A stretch of 64,000 nucleotides of DNA from Klebsormidium nitens (GCA_000708835.1 DF237110.1:1-64000), one strand, 5' to 3'. Shown: positions 24,101-36,616, counted from the stretch's first letter. Notes: a model not told the origin generated them from the letters alone. Program-made: numbers and translations.

Positions 24101-27100
24101 TGACAAAAGTCTACCTTAATTGTCCGCAGGCGAGTTCACTCTGAGGGCCTTCTTGAACGGCCGTCTCGACCTGTCGCAAGCAGAGGGGATCGCTGACCTC
24201 ATCAATGCGCGCACAACTCAGGCTGCGGAGAGTGCGTTGTCGACCATGCAAGTAAGGCTCCTCTGGTACGAGTCACTAAGAGCGTCTGCTGTCTGCGTTC
24301 GTGAACCTTTATAAGCGACGCCGCCTTGAACGCAGAACCTTTCATGGGCCATGAGCTTCAGAGACCTGAGACAGAAACTAAAGTAGGTCGGTTGCTGCGT
24401 ACCAGCGGATTGGGGTCCGAAAGACGCCCCGCTATTGTACAAGTCAGCGCGGAATATTCTGAAAGTCGCGTATGGCCAGCAAATGCTGAAGCATCTCCGT
24501 CGCCTTTGAGATTTTGCTTCGCTTTCGGTAGGTATAGAACTTGACCAGATTGAGCACATGCTACGATTGTGCTCTTACGCGTGAGGCGACGAGTCTTTTT
24601 CTTCCGATGCTTCGGGACTGCTGACACTGCTCCCCGCTTTTGCCTCGAGAGCACCTTTTGACTTTCTTCCCCGCTTTTTGCCTAAGCAGTGACGTTGCTT
24701 GCATCAACGAAGATTCGAGACGGACGGGGCATGACTGCAGCAACGGGAAGGAAACTCTGTCAGAGACGGCTCTCTCTTCTATTCGAAGCGACATGTCCCG
24801 TATGTAGCCGCTTTTTGTGCGCCAGGCGCATCCTTGGAATCTCAGGTCCACCTGTTCCATTTCGGCACCTGCACATCAGCTCACCCGGGTTGCCTCCTTG
24901 CTTTTTTTCACCGGCGTCCCGTTCGGGTCCAAAATTGCGTCCTTCCACCAGCGCCGCATGTCCTGGTTAGCTGGATCACAGTCTACCGTCGTCACTCTCG
25001 GCGGGCGTATAACCGCTCGCAGTAACACCTCACGCGTTTCGTCCATCGGCGCGGCTTCTCCACCTTTCGTGACGTCACCCCACGCCGAGTGCATTGGTCA
25101 CGAGACTTGGGCCCACCTAAAGAGTCACGTGTGGTCGTCAATTGCTTCTTCTGACGTCTTCTCTGTCTCCGCTTCCAGCGCGGCCTGTCCAGCTTCGTGA
25201 CGTCACTCCGCGCCGAGTGCATCGACCTGCTGGTCGAGATGGAGGCCCGCCTAGACTTCGACGAGGAGCTGCCGCCGTTTGACGTCCCGGCACTGATCGA
25301 GCGCATCCACACCATCTCGCAACGGCTGCAAAAGGCCCTGGCGACAGCTCAGCGCGGCCGGCTGCTGCAGGCGGGGATGCGCGTCGCGATCATTGGGCGA
25401 CCCAACGTGGGCAAGTCCAGCCTGCTGAACGCCTGGAGCAATGTAGGTGAGCGGCGCTGAGCGGAACTGCAGTGTTGCTTCCACTGTTGGTGTGTTATGC
25501 TTATGCTGTGCGTGACGTTTTAGTGTTCAAATCTGTCTCTTTGTGGCTGTTTATCTGAGAATCTCCTGTGTGAAAGGGGTCCGCCAGTGTGGCGGAACAG
25601 CTGGTCTGGGCATGATCGGCGCTCGCAGCAGCGCCTACGCTTCCTATTTTTTTCAGAGGGAGCAGCCAGTGTTTGGGTTTCGGGGCCTGCTTAGAACAGC
25701 TTTTGGAAAAACGGTGCCGAAAGTTCGGGATGGTGTAGGAAGCTCAGATTCAGATTTTTCTATTTATCTTTTTGGCTGCCCGTCATCGTCCTGTGCTGTC
25801 TTTCTCAGCTCACCTTAAGCTTGTCGCCGTGTCGATGCCGGCTGGCCTCCAACCGACGACGCTTTCAGGACCCGACTCCTCAAGCTTCGCCTGTTACCAC
25901 TCCCTGAAGTGGCAGAAAATAATCAAGGACCGTCCAAGTTGCCCCTTTCCTTGACGCTACAGTTCGACGCGGGAAGAACCGCTCTCCTTTTTTCCGGTGT
26001 GCCTTTCCGGTGTGTCTCATCGAGCCGCCCTTACCTGGTGCAGAGTGACCGGGCCATCGTGACCAATATGCGATGATGAAAGAACGGGTTTTTATCACGT
26101 TTCCGGGTGAGGCGTTCTGGTGTGTCTCATCGAGCGGCCCTTACCCGGTGCGAAATGACCGGGCCATTGTGACCAACACTTGACCACAAAACAACGATTT
26201 TTTCACGCTTCTCCGGGTGAGTCTTTCCGGTTTGTCTTATCGAGCGGCCCTTACCGTTGCAGAGTGACCGGGCCATCGTGACCAATATTCCCGGCACCAC
26301 CCGGGACGTGGTGGAGGCAGCGGTGTCGGTCGGGGGGATCCCCGTGTACCTACTCGACACGGCCGGAATCCGCGACACAGCGGACGCCGTCGAGAAAATA
26401 GGTGGGCCGTTTGGGCTTGTGCCTTCTATGCTGTACGGAGGAGTGTCGGTATTTAAAGGCAGGTCGACCCGATTAGGAAGTTCACCGTGTCCCTGCACTA
26501 CTTTAGCCCGGCCCTCTGCGAGAAGGCAGGGCACATCCTTGGCGCGTTGGACACGGTCGGTTGGTTGCATCTGGGCTCTTAGTCCTGGGAGAAACGTCTC
26601 ACACATGCGGTGACAGCCAGTAGCAAGCAAGTCGACCGCCCAGTCTTGAAAACAGCCAGCCGCCCTTTCCCTGAGTTCCCGCTACTTTCGTCCGTGGCTG
26701 TCTCTGTGAGTGAATCTGCTAAGTGGGAGTTCTTGTAATCCTCCAAAGTCTTGGCGCTTCGAAATTCCTTCTTGCAGTCCGTCTCGGGAGAGGAGAACAT
26801 TGGCGGCAGACGTCACTTGACCTGCCACGTCAGCATGACATAGCTTTTCTGAATCTGCAGGCGTGGAGCGGTCCAAAGATGCCGCGGCGGGCGCTGACGT
26901 TGTCGTGATGGTTGTGAGCGCCGCCGACGGCTGGACGGAGCGGGATGACGTCATCTTAAGCCACGTGTGGGGGGCCAGCTCCAGCGGTTCCGCTCGGAAG
27001 TCCCTTTCCGGTCCAATGAGCGTTGGTGGCGTTGGACCACGAACCGAAGGAAAAGGCCCTGTAACCGAAGAGTGGAGTCACGCTTCAGACGAGCGACCGG

Positions 27101-28204
27101 CAGTCAGAAGTCTCTCAGACGGGGCCTCTGAACCGTACACACAAACGGCCACCGAGAAGAGCGCTTCTCAGGTCAGGCAGACTAGTCCTGCTGACCAGAA
27201 TACTGAGCGGGATCCCTCGTCGTCAACGGATTCCGCGAGAGAACCGGCAGGCAGTGCTTCGAACGGCGCTCCTCACGAACGGCTGCAAACCGCACGAATC
27301 TCTGGCCCTCCTGCGATCCTGGTTGTTAACAAAGTCGACCGTGCGCCCGAGTCGCAAGTGGCGGTACCTGACAGCTGGCGCCAGGTGTTCGCACGGCGCA
27401 TCGCCACGTGTGCTCGGGACGGCGTTGGTTTGGTGGAACTAGAGCGGGCGCTTTTAGAAATCGTGGGCGCCGGGGAAGCGACAGCGGAGGGCATCTCGTG
27501 GGCAGTAAATCAGGTAAACACCCCGTTCGGAAAGCTTGCGTAAATTGCTGGGCGTGCCTGTCGTTTCGTTTGCATAAGTGGGCGGGTGTTCTAATTTCAT
27601 GCAGAGATGCTTCCCGGCGGTTCCATTGATGACGTCAGCGCCGCTTTGGGGGGTCTACCAGAAGCAGCATGGGCATTAGTCCTTGCCCTTGTGCCGCTAC
27701 CTCTTGACTTAACCAGAAGTATTGACGAAATTGCTTTGTTGGTTTGCTGTGAGAGTTCAACCTGTCCGAGCTTTTATGAGCTTTCATCGCAGCTGGTCAA
27801 ATTGACGTTGATTCATGTGCCTACTGTACGGCAGTGACGAAGCTACTTTCGCCTTGGCCGTATGATCTGCGTAGCTCCCCGCGTGCAACCTGCCACGACA
27901 GGATTCGAGTTGTACCTTGTCATTGACCGTTATTTGTTGCAAGCCAGAATAACTGCTGGAAGTCAGCTCTGGTCATAGAAGCTAAGCTAAAGTCATTCTC
28001 GTTCCGCAGAGGCAAGCGGAGCAGCTCGTGCGCGCGAGCGAAGCTCTCCAGCGCCTGGTTGCAAGCATTGAAGACGACCTTCCAATCGACTTTTGGACGG
28101 TGGACGTGCGGGAGGCGGCGCTCGCACTGGGGCAAATCAGCGGGGATGACGTCACGGAAGAGGTGCTTGACGGCATCTTCAGCAGGTTCTGCATAGGAAA
28201 GTGA
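21167..28204 (+). CDS. mnmE: tRNA modification GTPase MnmE/TrmE (organellar, with N-terminal transit-like extension), 8 exons
   Basis: Exons: 21167(or 21098)-21626, 22078-22337, 23284-23422, 24130-24251, 25179-25442, 26263-26401, 26861-27513, 28010-28204, with canonical splice sites and consistent phases. Motifs: [55 protein letters not shown]1 GRPNVGKS, G2 PGTTRD, G3 DTAG, G4 NKVD, C-terminal IFSRFCIGK*. Confidence 0.96.
23709..23906. mobile_element. MITE (MULE-like, 198 bp) in mnmE intron 3
   Basis: Imperfect TIRs of ~50 bp (gtctcgattttatgttaagtta...ccccgg / ccgggg...taagttcacttaaaatcgaaac) around the G-rich core. TSD aagccgagg (23700-23708) / aagccgaag (23907-23915). Confidence 0.75.
24952..25225 (+). 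repeat. Triplicated 3' splice site plus start of mnmE exon 5
   Basis: cgcggcctgtccagcttcgtgacgtcactccgcgccgagtgcat (true exon, 25179) has a good copy at 25050 and a degenerate copy at 24952. The same triplet recurs in the pseudogene at 31378, 31494 and 31614. Confidence 0.7.
26010..26290 (+). repeat. Three ~110-bp tandem units containing the acceptor and first ~30 nt of mnmE exon 6
   Basis: tgtctcatcgagc(c/g)gcccttacc..tgcagagtgaccgggccatcgtgaccaa repeats with exon-start positions 26044, ~26153 and 26263. Only the third continues in frame. Confidence 0.9.
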
Positions 28205-28739
28205 TAGGTCGAGGAGTAGAGTAGAGTGCGAGAAGAGCCATGAAGATGCTTGCAGGTTGAAGGCCGATGCGGTGGGAGGCATATCAATTGTGCGCTGAAG
28301 GTGCAGGCTGGTGGTGTACTCTACAATCAAGACTGTGGCTTGTAGACCAATCAGTCAAATGACCAGCTACGTGTGATTGATGCGTGCTTCATTGGCATCT
28401 AACGCACTAGACATTGCGGGCGGCAAGTTTTCATAAAGTTGTGGAGGGTGCATGATGCCACCGTCCAGTGCACGGGCATGAGACTGTAGGCAGCCACGGC
28501 TGCTGCTGCCAAGTAAAAGAACATCGACAACGATACGATCATACGATCATGCTATAGTATGTTCGTTGGCCAACTCAAAGTCGCGTTCGAGTTCCTGGCA
28601 CAGCACCTCATTGCTTTGGAGACTGCAGTGCAGACGCCGACGTGGATCAGATGCATGCGCACGCGCGCGCAAAACGTTCATGCAGGTGTTCTGACTCTGG
28701 GGTATCCAGCCCTGAGTCCTGACTACCGGTAGGATAGTA

Positions 28740-28860
28740 ACAGTCCCCGGGGAGGAACGACTTAAGAACCTAAACCAACACTTGTACCCGCTCCGCACCC
28801 CGTACCCACCCTAACCTCCCAAGTAACCCTACCCGTTCCCCGGGCCTTGACCTAGCTACG
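28740..28860. mobile_element. G-rich-core MITE family member (reverse orientation)
   Basis: cccgctccgcacccgtacccaccctaacc...aaccctacccgttccccggg is the reverse complement of the core. Short ccccgggg-based inverted arms are present; no convincing TSD was found. Confidence 0.55.
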
Positions 28861-29171
28861 TCGGCCGCCTATATAAACTATATAGCTGTTTATCCCGGAT
28901 GGGGGTCCTGCCGTCGCGCCGGCACGTTGCCGTCCCGGGTTGTTCATGCCGGTTTCCGATTCTCAGTTCCACACTACAGACTGTGTTTAACAGTCTTGTA
29001 CCGTTTCAGCTGTCTCGGAAGTCAGGTTGTCCCCCCTCGCAAGGGTCGTGCGCTTGTTGAGATCTCGATCGAGCTACGGTTCGCTTCATATGCCTGATCA
29101 GACGTCCCTTCAAGCTTCAAGTTGTTCACGTTCAAGTTTTGAAGGACCACTTTTCCAGCTCTTTAGAGGCC

Positions 29172-30304
29172 ACGATCGGCGCTCAGCTACACAGCATGAT
29201 GGTTCCAGCGAATCTGCTAACCAGGTCAAAGTCCGGCGCCCCACCTCCTACTCGCGGAAGTCCACTTGGTTTGCCCCCTGCAATGCCAGCTGTTGCAGGC
29301 CCCCTGGTCGGGAGCGCGCAGCTGTGGAGGACAGGTTGCGCAGGAAACAAGGTCTGCTCACGAGCGTCAACCCTGAGAGCTTCTCTCCCCAGCATTGGGG
29401 GATTCAAAGTTTTAGCCGGCTTTAGAAGACTCACCACTTCAGGAGGCGCGAGCAGAGTGGCATGTGCCGAGTGTTGCCACTGGCTGTCACATCTTGTGGA
29501 GGATTGTACTGCCAATGCCGTTGTTTGGAAGCCGCTTCTGGTCACCGTCCCGGCGTCTTTTCCTGGGGAGCTATTTCTAGTCTGGTGGCGAGGAAGAATG
29601 TGTCGGTGTGGCAAACAGCGGCTGCTGCTGATGATGTGAGTAGCGGGGCTTCTGGAGAACAAATCAGGAATGCGGAAAACGAGGAGGCCCAATGTGTAGA
29701 CGAAGGGGTGGTTGCGACCAACAACCGTACCGAGGGTAAAATGTGCACTGAATGTGAAGTGTGGAAGCCGCTTCGGAATTTTGGGAAGCTGGCGAGCGCA
29801 GTCGATGGGCGACACATCTTGTGCCGAGCGTGTGACGCCAAGGTGCGGGCGCAGCAAGCGAGAAGGGAACTTCATCACCTAGCAACGCCGATTGCTGAAG
29901 CGTGGGCACAAGCGAAGAAAAGCTCTAAGTGCAGTCTGGTTCAGGAGCTGCGGGATTTTCCACGTCGATCACAAAGCAAGGATGGCTTGCACACGTACTG
30001 TCGGAGTTGTATAAGTGAACGTTCTGAACGATTGCCCTTCCGCTCTGCTGCTGACTCAGCGACGTGCATTCGGTGTGGGCAGGAAAAGCCCGCTGCAAAT
30101 TTCCCTCCGAGCAGATCAAAAAGGAATGGGTTGAACTCGGTTTGCAGACTGTGTCATTTGGAAATTTTGAAAGGGAGAAAAGGTAGAAAGTTCCGAGTGT
30201 ACGTAAAGAGGACCGATAAGCTGTGCAGCCGGTGCAAGGTCAACAAACCTGTAGAGTCATTTACTAGCCACAGGGATTCCCGTGACGGTCTTACAACCTA
30301 TTGA
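29172..30304 (+). pseudogene. Broken paralog of the four-repeat C4 zinc-binding protein
   Basis: Colinear with 34267-35544, but it lacks that ATG (tttagaggccacg vs catcatggccacg), has a frame change near 29440, and has TGA at 30302-30304 where the paralog has TGT (Cys), which removes the last CxxC. Confidence 0.7.
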
Positions 30305-31377
30305 AAGGCTTGTGAAAGAAGCTACAACAAAGAGGCATACAGGCGCCGGGTATCCACAAGGGCCCCCTGTCAACCGTCAGACTGTGCAAAAGGTGAGGGG
30401 TACAATTGCAGATAGCGGTTGCGAAGTCGCGTCACGCTTCTGGTAGGCAGTTAGGACTCTTTTGGTGGGGAGGTATGTTGTTTTGAGGCCGGTCAGAAAA
30501 TTGGCAACGTAAACCAGAGCACAGGCAGCTTTGTGTGCATACTATGAGCAGAACGCTGAGCCAAGGCCTTTAATGTCAAGTTCAATGATGCAGAGTTGGG
30601 AGGCCAACTTCATTCCTTGTCCCAACCTAATGCTAAGATAAATCACAACCACGTCGAATCCTGTCCTGTCAATGTTGCAAGAACTCAAACAGACGTTCTG
30701 GAAGTTTTGCCTTACCTAAATTGGCTGACATGGAGTGAAGCTTGAGTCGAAGTCTGGACTTCTGTAGCATTTCGACTAATGTCGTCACAAAGAAACTGGG
30801 GTGTACCTTCGTTTTCTATTGCTTGAGTCCTCCTATACCTCCATTCATTCCTCCAATCCGGATGGCTGCTCTCCAACTTTGGCCTATTTCAACAGATCTC
30901 AGGATCATGGACCCCGTACTCTGTTGACTACCTTTTTGCCGATTTCCAACCTTTCAAACTTGCAGACCTCGTACAAACCCGATCCTTGTAGAGCTTACGA
31001 TTGGTGTCCCGCTGACAGGATTTACGCTGGCGTTGTTACCTGCACTGCAAGACTCACTGCGCCTTTTCTCTTTCAGATGAGGCCTGCTAACGTCATGCTT
31101 ACTTGGCGGTGCCAGCCTGGGGGTGGGGGTGGCCGACGCAAATGCACTCCCTCGGATGAGTGCAAAATTCTGTCGCTTCCAGTGGCCGTACGATTTGCTC
31201 CGAGAAGGAACCTTCTTCTTTCCTCCCATCAGCGCATTCCTACACCTTCAAATTGTCATGACGCGCTGGGTTTATACAAACTACAAAACCTGGTGCTAAT
31301 CCTGAAAGTCATGCACACAGGAACTTTCTTATCTGCGGTAAAGTGCTCGATGTTGAATCATCTCTGTCTTCCGTCAA

Positions 31378-33340
31378 CGCGGCCTGTCCAGCTTCGTACC
31401 GTCGCTACACGCCGAGGGCACTGGAAGTGAGTTTTAAAGGCCGTTTCATATCCTGCCGTGACCAGTGCGCAACGAGCTTCTCGTCTCTCCCAGCGCGGCC
31501 TCGTTGGCCCTGCGACGTCACTCCGTGCCGAGTGCATCAAAGATGCGACTCGAAGCATTCAAATCGAGCCGCCGTACGCAGCGCTCTCACCAACTCCGCC
31601 GCTCCCCTTTCAGGCGGCCTCTCCAGCTTCGTGACTGCACTTTGCGCCGAGTGCATCGACCTGCTGCTCGAGATGGAGGCCCGCCTGGACTTCGACGAGG
31701 AGCTGCCGCCGTTTGACTTCCCGGCACTGATTGAGCACATTCACACCATCTCGCGGCCGGCTGCTGCAGGCGGGGATGCGCGTCGCAATCACTGAGCGGC
31801 GCAACGTGGGCAAGTAGGTGAGGGGCGTCGAGTGACTTTCCGGTTTTCCGCATTGTGAGTGCCGTCTTTCCCGATGAGTCTTTGCGAAGGCAATGTGATC
31901 TGGGCTACTAATCTCTCTTGCGTGGCTCTGCTAAGTGCACGTTTGCCTTTGTGTTCCGTTCGGTCATTTTAATGCCTGCAGCTTTCGAAGCGATTATGTT
32001 GGGACTCCAATCTGCTTATGTGCGAGTTCACACATGGGCTGCGTCCTGGCAGCGTCTACGACTTTCAAAAAACGCATCTCATTTGTGGAGGCGTCCTCCG
32101 GCCGCATTCAAAAGACGCTTCTGAAAACATTCTGCTGTGGCCGTATAACGCTGCTTTGGCCTTCTATGCATTGAAATGCTATTATAAAGCCCGTCGTATT
32201 CGGGTCCGTCTGCCTTAGCAATGTCAATAGACTGACCCTCAGAGCCCACAGCCGGCGAAGCTTCTCCAACCCACCTCCTGGCGCATCTTGTTGTCTTCTT
32301 CTGAAGCGCGGAAACAGGATCCTTAGGGACCCTTCACACGTCATCCTTGCTTCATGCATATTCGGCCGGTGGAACAGGTCTATGCCGCGTGTATATACCT
32401 GAGCCCGCCCCTCATGTGCGTGGTGAGCAGAGGATCACGCACATTGTAATCAACTGCTGATGACGAAAGAAAGCTAAATTTTCCTTTCACTATTGATTTT
32501 CCGGTGTATTTCATCAAATTTACTCATTGCCCGGCGCACAGTGACCGGGGCATGGTGACCAGCTTCTTGGGCACCACTCGGGACGTGGTGGAGGCAGCGG
32601 TGTCGGTCGGGGGGGATCCCCGTGTACCTGCTCGACATCGAGGGCGCGGGGGAGGCGGCAGCGGAGGGCATCTCGTGGGCGGTAAATCAGGTAAGGAGCG
32701 CGTTCCGAAGCTTTTAAAAGTATTACTGGAAGTGCCTGTTGTTTTCCCGCATAGTTGGGCAGGTCTTGAGAGCACACACGGAGACGCTCTCTGGCGGTTC
32801 CAATCGTGACGTCAGCGCCGATCCGGGGGGTCTACCAAAGGCAGCATGGGCATCAGTCTTTGCGCTTGTGCGGAGGCCTTTCCAGTCAAACCTAGAATAA
32901 CAATAATCTTGCGTATTCGTTTCGTATGAGAGTTCAAGTCTGAGCTTTCGACACAGCTAATCATTTCGACGTTGGTACCCAAGCTACTTTCGCCTTGATT
33001 GTATAAGTTGCACTTCCCGCGTGCAACCTACCACGAAGGATTCATGGTGTACCGTGTCATTGGCCACTATCTCGTGACGTCAATAGTGCTGCTGGAAGTC
33101 ACCTCTGGTTATATAAGCTAAGCTGACGTCATCCACGTTCCGCAGAGGCAAGCGGAGCAGCTCGTGCGCGCGAGCGAGGCTCTCCAGCGCCTGGTTGCAA
33201 GCATTGAAGACGACCTCCCAATTGACTTTTGGACGGTGGACGTGCGGGAGGCGGCGCTCGCACTGGGTCGGATCAGTGGGGATGACGTCACGGAAGAGGT
33301 GCTTGACGGCATCTTCAGCAGGTTCTGCATTGGGAAGTGA
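31378..33340 (+). pseudogene. mnmE: Partial mnmE duplicate 1 (exon 5 to exon 8 remnants)
   Basis: Exon 5 copy (31614-31820) has a deletion and lost frame. Exon 6 copy (~32540-32640) is fused directly to the exon 7 tail (gcggagggcatctcgtgggcggtaaatcag|gtaag). Exon 8 copy (33146-33340) is still open and ends FCIGK*. No 5' exons are present. Confidence 0.9.
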
Positions 33341-33834
33341 TAGGTCGAAGGAAACGAATAGGGTGCGAAAATTGCCATGAAGATGCTTGCAGGTTCAAGG
33401 CTGGTGCAGGCCGATGGTGTACTCTACAATCTCACTTGTGGCTTGTCGACTAACAAGTCAACTTGATGACCATTTATGTGCATCATTGATGCATGCCTCA
33501 GTGGGATCTAATCCGGGCGGCGCGAGTTTGCGGGCGGCGCGAGTTTTCATAAATCTGTGGAGGGTGCATGATGCCTCCGCCGCCAGTGCACAAGACTGGA
33601 GGCGGCCACGGCTGCTGCCAAGGACAGTAGTACAGCATTGACAACGATTCGGTCATCCATTTAATATGTTCGTTGGCCAACTCAAAGTCGCGTGCGAGTT
33701 CCTGGCACAGCACCTCATGCAGAAGCTGGGCATTGGAGACTGCAGTGCAAACCCCGACGTGGATTTGATGCATGCGCACGCGCGCAAAACGTTCATGTGT
33801 TCTGACTTTGGGGTAACTCCTACTGGTAGGATAG

Positions 33835-33962
33835 TAACAGTCCCCGGGGGAAAACGAATTAAGAACCTAATTTACCAACACATGTACCCGCTGAGCACCG
33901 CACCCGTACCCACCCTCCTCCAAACTAACCCTACCCGTTCCCCGGGCTATGACCTAGCTACC
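33835..33962. mobile_element. G-rich-core MITE family member carried by the segmental duplication
   Basis: Same position and sequence as 28740-28860 (gcacccgtacccaccctcctccaaactaaccctacccgttccccggg). Confidence 0.55.
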
Positions 33963-34266
33963 GGCCGGCCTAATCTGTAGGTCTATCCCGGATGGGGGTT
34001 CTGCCGTCGCGCCGGCACGTTGCTGTACCGGGTTCTGCATGCCGGTTTCCAACTCTCTGATCCACGCTTCAGGATGGGTGTTCAGAAGTTTAGTACCGTT
34101 TCAGCTGTCTCGGAAGTCAGCTTGCCCCCCCTTGCAAGGGTCGTGCGCTTCTCACTAGCTAGAGCGCTAGAGCGCTAGCTCCCCTTCAACTTGAACTTCA
34201 AGTTCCAAGTTCAAGGCTTCATCACTCAGACTGGACAGACGTCCCTTTCACTTCCAGCTTTTCATC

Positions 34267-35544
34267 ATGGCCACGATCGGCGCTCAGCTACAGAGCGTGA
34301 TGGTTCCAGCGAATCTGCGAACCAGGTCAAAGTCCCGCGCCCCACCTCCTACTTGCGGAAGTCCTCTTGGTTTGCCCGCTGCAATGCCAGCTGTCGCAGG
34401 TCCTTTGGTCAGAACCGTGCAGCTGTTGAGGACAGGTTGCGCAGGAAGTGAGGTCTGCTCACGAGCGTCGCCCCTAGGAGATGCCCTTCGTAGCATTGGG
34501 GGACTCAAAGCGTCGACCTGCTTTAGAAGACTCACTACATCAGGGAGGAGCGAGCAGAGTGGCCTGTGCCGACTGTTGCCACTGGCTGTCTCATCTTGTG
34601 GAGGATTGCACTGCCGATGCCGTCCTTTGGAAGCCGCTTCTGGTCATCATCCCGACGTCTTTGTCCTCGGAGGTATCTCTAGTCTGGTGGGGAGGAAGAA
34701 GGTGTTGGTGTGTCAAACAGCGGCCACTGCTGATCATGGGACTAGCGAGACTTCTGGAGAACAGATTAGGGATGGGGCGGAAACCGAGGAGGCCCAATGT
34801 GTAGACAAAGGAGTGGTTGCGGCTAACAGCCGTACAGAGGGTAAATTGTGCACAGAATGCGAGGTGTGGAAGCCGCTTCGGAATTTTAAGAAGCTGGCGA
34901 GCGCTGTCGATGGGCGACACATCTTATGCCGAGCGTGTGACACCAAGCTACGGGGTCAGCAAGCGGGAAGGGAACTTCATCACCTTGCAATGCCGATTGC
35001 TGAAGCGTGGGCACAAGCAAAGAAATGCACCAAGTGCAGTCTGGTTCAGGAGCTGCGGGATTTCCCACGTCAATCACAACGCAAGGATGGCTTGTACACG
35101 TATTGCCGGAGTTGTGTAAGTGAACGTCATGAACGATTGCCCGCCCGCTCTGCTGCTGACTCAGCGACGTGCATTCAGTGTGGGCTGGAAAAGCCCGCTG
35201 CAGATTTCCCTCCGAACAGATCAAAAAGGAATGGGTTGAACTCGGTTTGCAGACTGTGTCATCTGGAACTTTTGGAAGGATTTAGAAATAACGTCAGAAA
35301 GTTACAGGTGTATGTAAAGAGGACAGATAAGATGTGCACCCGGTGCAAAGTCAACAAGCCCGTAGAGTCATCTGCTAGCGAGACGGTTTCCCGTGACGGT
35401 CTTGACAGCATTTGTAAGGCTTGTAGAAAGAGCTCCAACAAAGAGGCATACAGGCGCCGGGTATCCACAAGGCCTGTCAAACTGTTGAATAAGGTGAGGG
35501 GTACAATTGCAGATAGCAATTGCGAAGTAGTATCACATGTCTAG
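34267..35544 (+). CDS. Apparently intronless 425-aa ORF with four CxxC...CxxC zinc-binding repeats
   Basis: Repeats: CTECEVWKPLRNFKKLASAVDGRHILCRAC; CTKCSLVQELRDFPRQSQRKDGLYTYCRSC; CIQCGLEKPAADFPPNRSKRNGLNSVCRLC; CTRCKVNKPVESSASETVSRDGLDSICKAC. The true start is uncertain because the N-terminal ~150 aa is not domain-like. Confidence 0.75.
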   Translation: MATIGAQLQSVMVPANLRTRSKSRAPPPTCGSPLGLPAAMPAVAGPLVRTVQLLRTGCAGSEVCSRASPLGDALRSIGGLKASTCFRRLTTSGRSEQSGLCRLLPLAVSSCGGLHCRCRPLEAASGHHPDVFVLGGISSLVGRKKVLVCQTAATADHGTSETSGEQIRDGAETEEAQCVDKGVVAANSRTEGKLCTECEVWKPLRNFKKLASAVDGRHILCRACDTKLRGQQAGRELHHLAMPIAEAWAQAKKCTKCSLVQELRDFPRQSQRKDGLYTYCRSCVSERHERLPARSAADSATCIQCGLEKPAADFPPNRSKRNGLNSVCRLCHLELLEGFRNNVRKLQVYVKRTDKMCTRCKVNKPVESSASETVSRDGLDSICKACRKSSNKEAYRRRVSTRPVKLLNKVRGTIADSNCEVVSHV

Positions 35545-36616
35545 TAGGCAGTTAGGACTCGTGTGGTGGGGAGGTATGTTTTTTTGGGGCCGGTCAGAGA
35601 ATTGGTTTCGTAAACCAGAGCACATGCAGTTTCGTTGCATCATATGAGTAGTCGAAACGCTGAGCCAAGGCCTTCAATGTCAAATTGAGTATGCACAGGT
35701 AGGAGGCCAACTTCTTTTTCAGTACTAGATTAACGCCACGATAAATCACCTACGTCGAATCCTGTCATGCCAATGTTGCAAGAAGTCAAGCAGACATTCT
35801 GGAAGTACTGCCTAACCTGAGTTGGCTGAAATGTGGTAGAGCTTGCATCAGACTCTCTGGAATTTTGTATATCATTTTCACTATTTTCCTTACAAAGAGA
35901 CTGGGCGTACCTTCATTTTCTATTGCTTGAGTCCTCCTATTCCTTATCATTCATTTTTCCAATCCGGATTGCTGCTCTCCACTTTGGCCTATCTCAACAG
36001 ATCTCGAGATTAGTGGACCACGCGCTCCGTTGACTAACTTTTTGCAGATTGCCAACCTTTCAAACCTTTGCAGATCTCGTACAAACCCGATCCTTGCAGA
36101 GTCTTACGATCGGTGTCCCCCTGACAGGACTGCAGTGACGTCATTACCTGCACCGCAAGACTTACCTGCGCATTTCGTTTTTCAGATGAGGCCTGCTGAC
36201 GTCATGGTCACCTGGCGCTGCCAGCCTGTGGGGCGGAGTCCCAACGTAAATGCACTGCCGCCGCATGTTGCTCCAGCCAATGGGGAGATGTGTGCGGTAG
36301 ATATGAGAGGCGGCCCTGAAGGCTGTGAGCACTTGGTTTACAAGCAAAGTAGTGTGCGGCGCCCTTTTTCTTTATGATCCTCAATTGGTTGAAACCGTTC
36401 TATCAAAAAAAATTCCCTGTTTCTGCCTTTCCTCTCTGTCAAGCTGCTTCTATCCTCTCTGGATATCAGCCGCACTCCGACACACGGTGGTCTTGGTTCC
36501 AAGCCGAGAATCTCCACAGCATAGCTTGGGCCTCTTTATCCAATACAATCACTTTGTGACGTAAGAAAGAAGAGAACAGATTTATTTTTACATGCTCTGC
36601 TTTGCTTTACATGCAG

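Larger units (their letters stand above)
32680..36330 (+). repeat. Tandem segmental duplication (~5.1 kb offset) of ~27500-31200
   Basis: The same order recurs at an offset of about +5,100: mnmE intron 7 / exon 8 (28010 vs 33146), 3' flank, MITE core, zinc-repeat gene, downstream flank. Confidence 0.9.
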
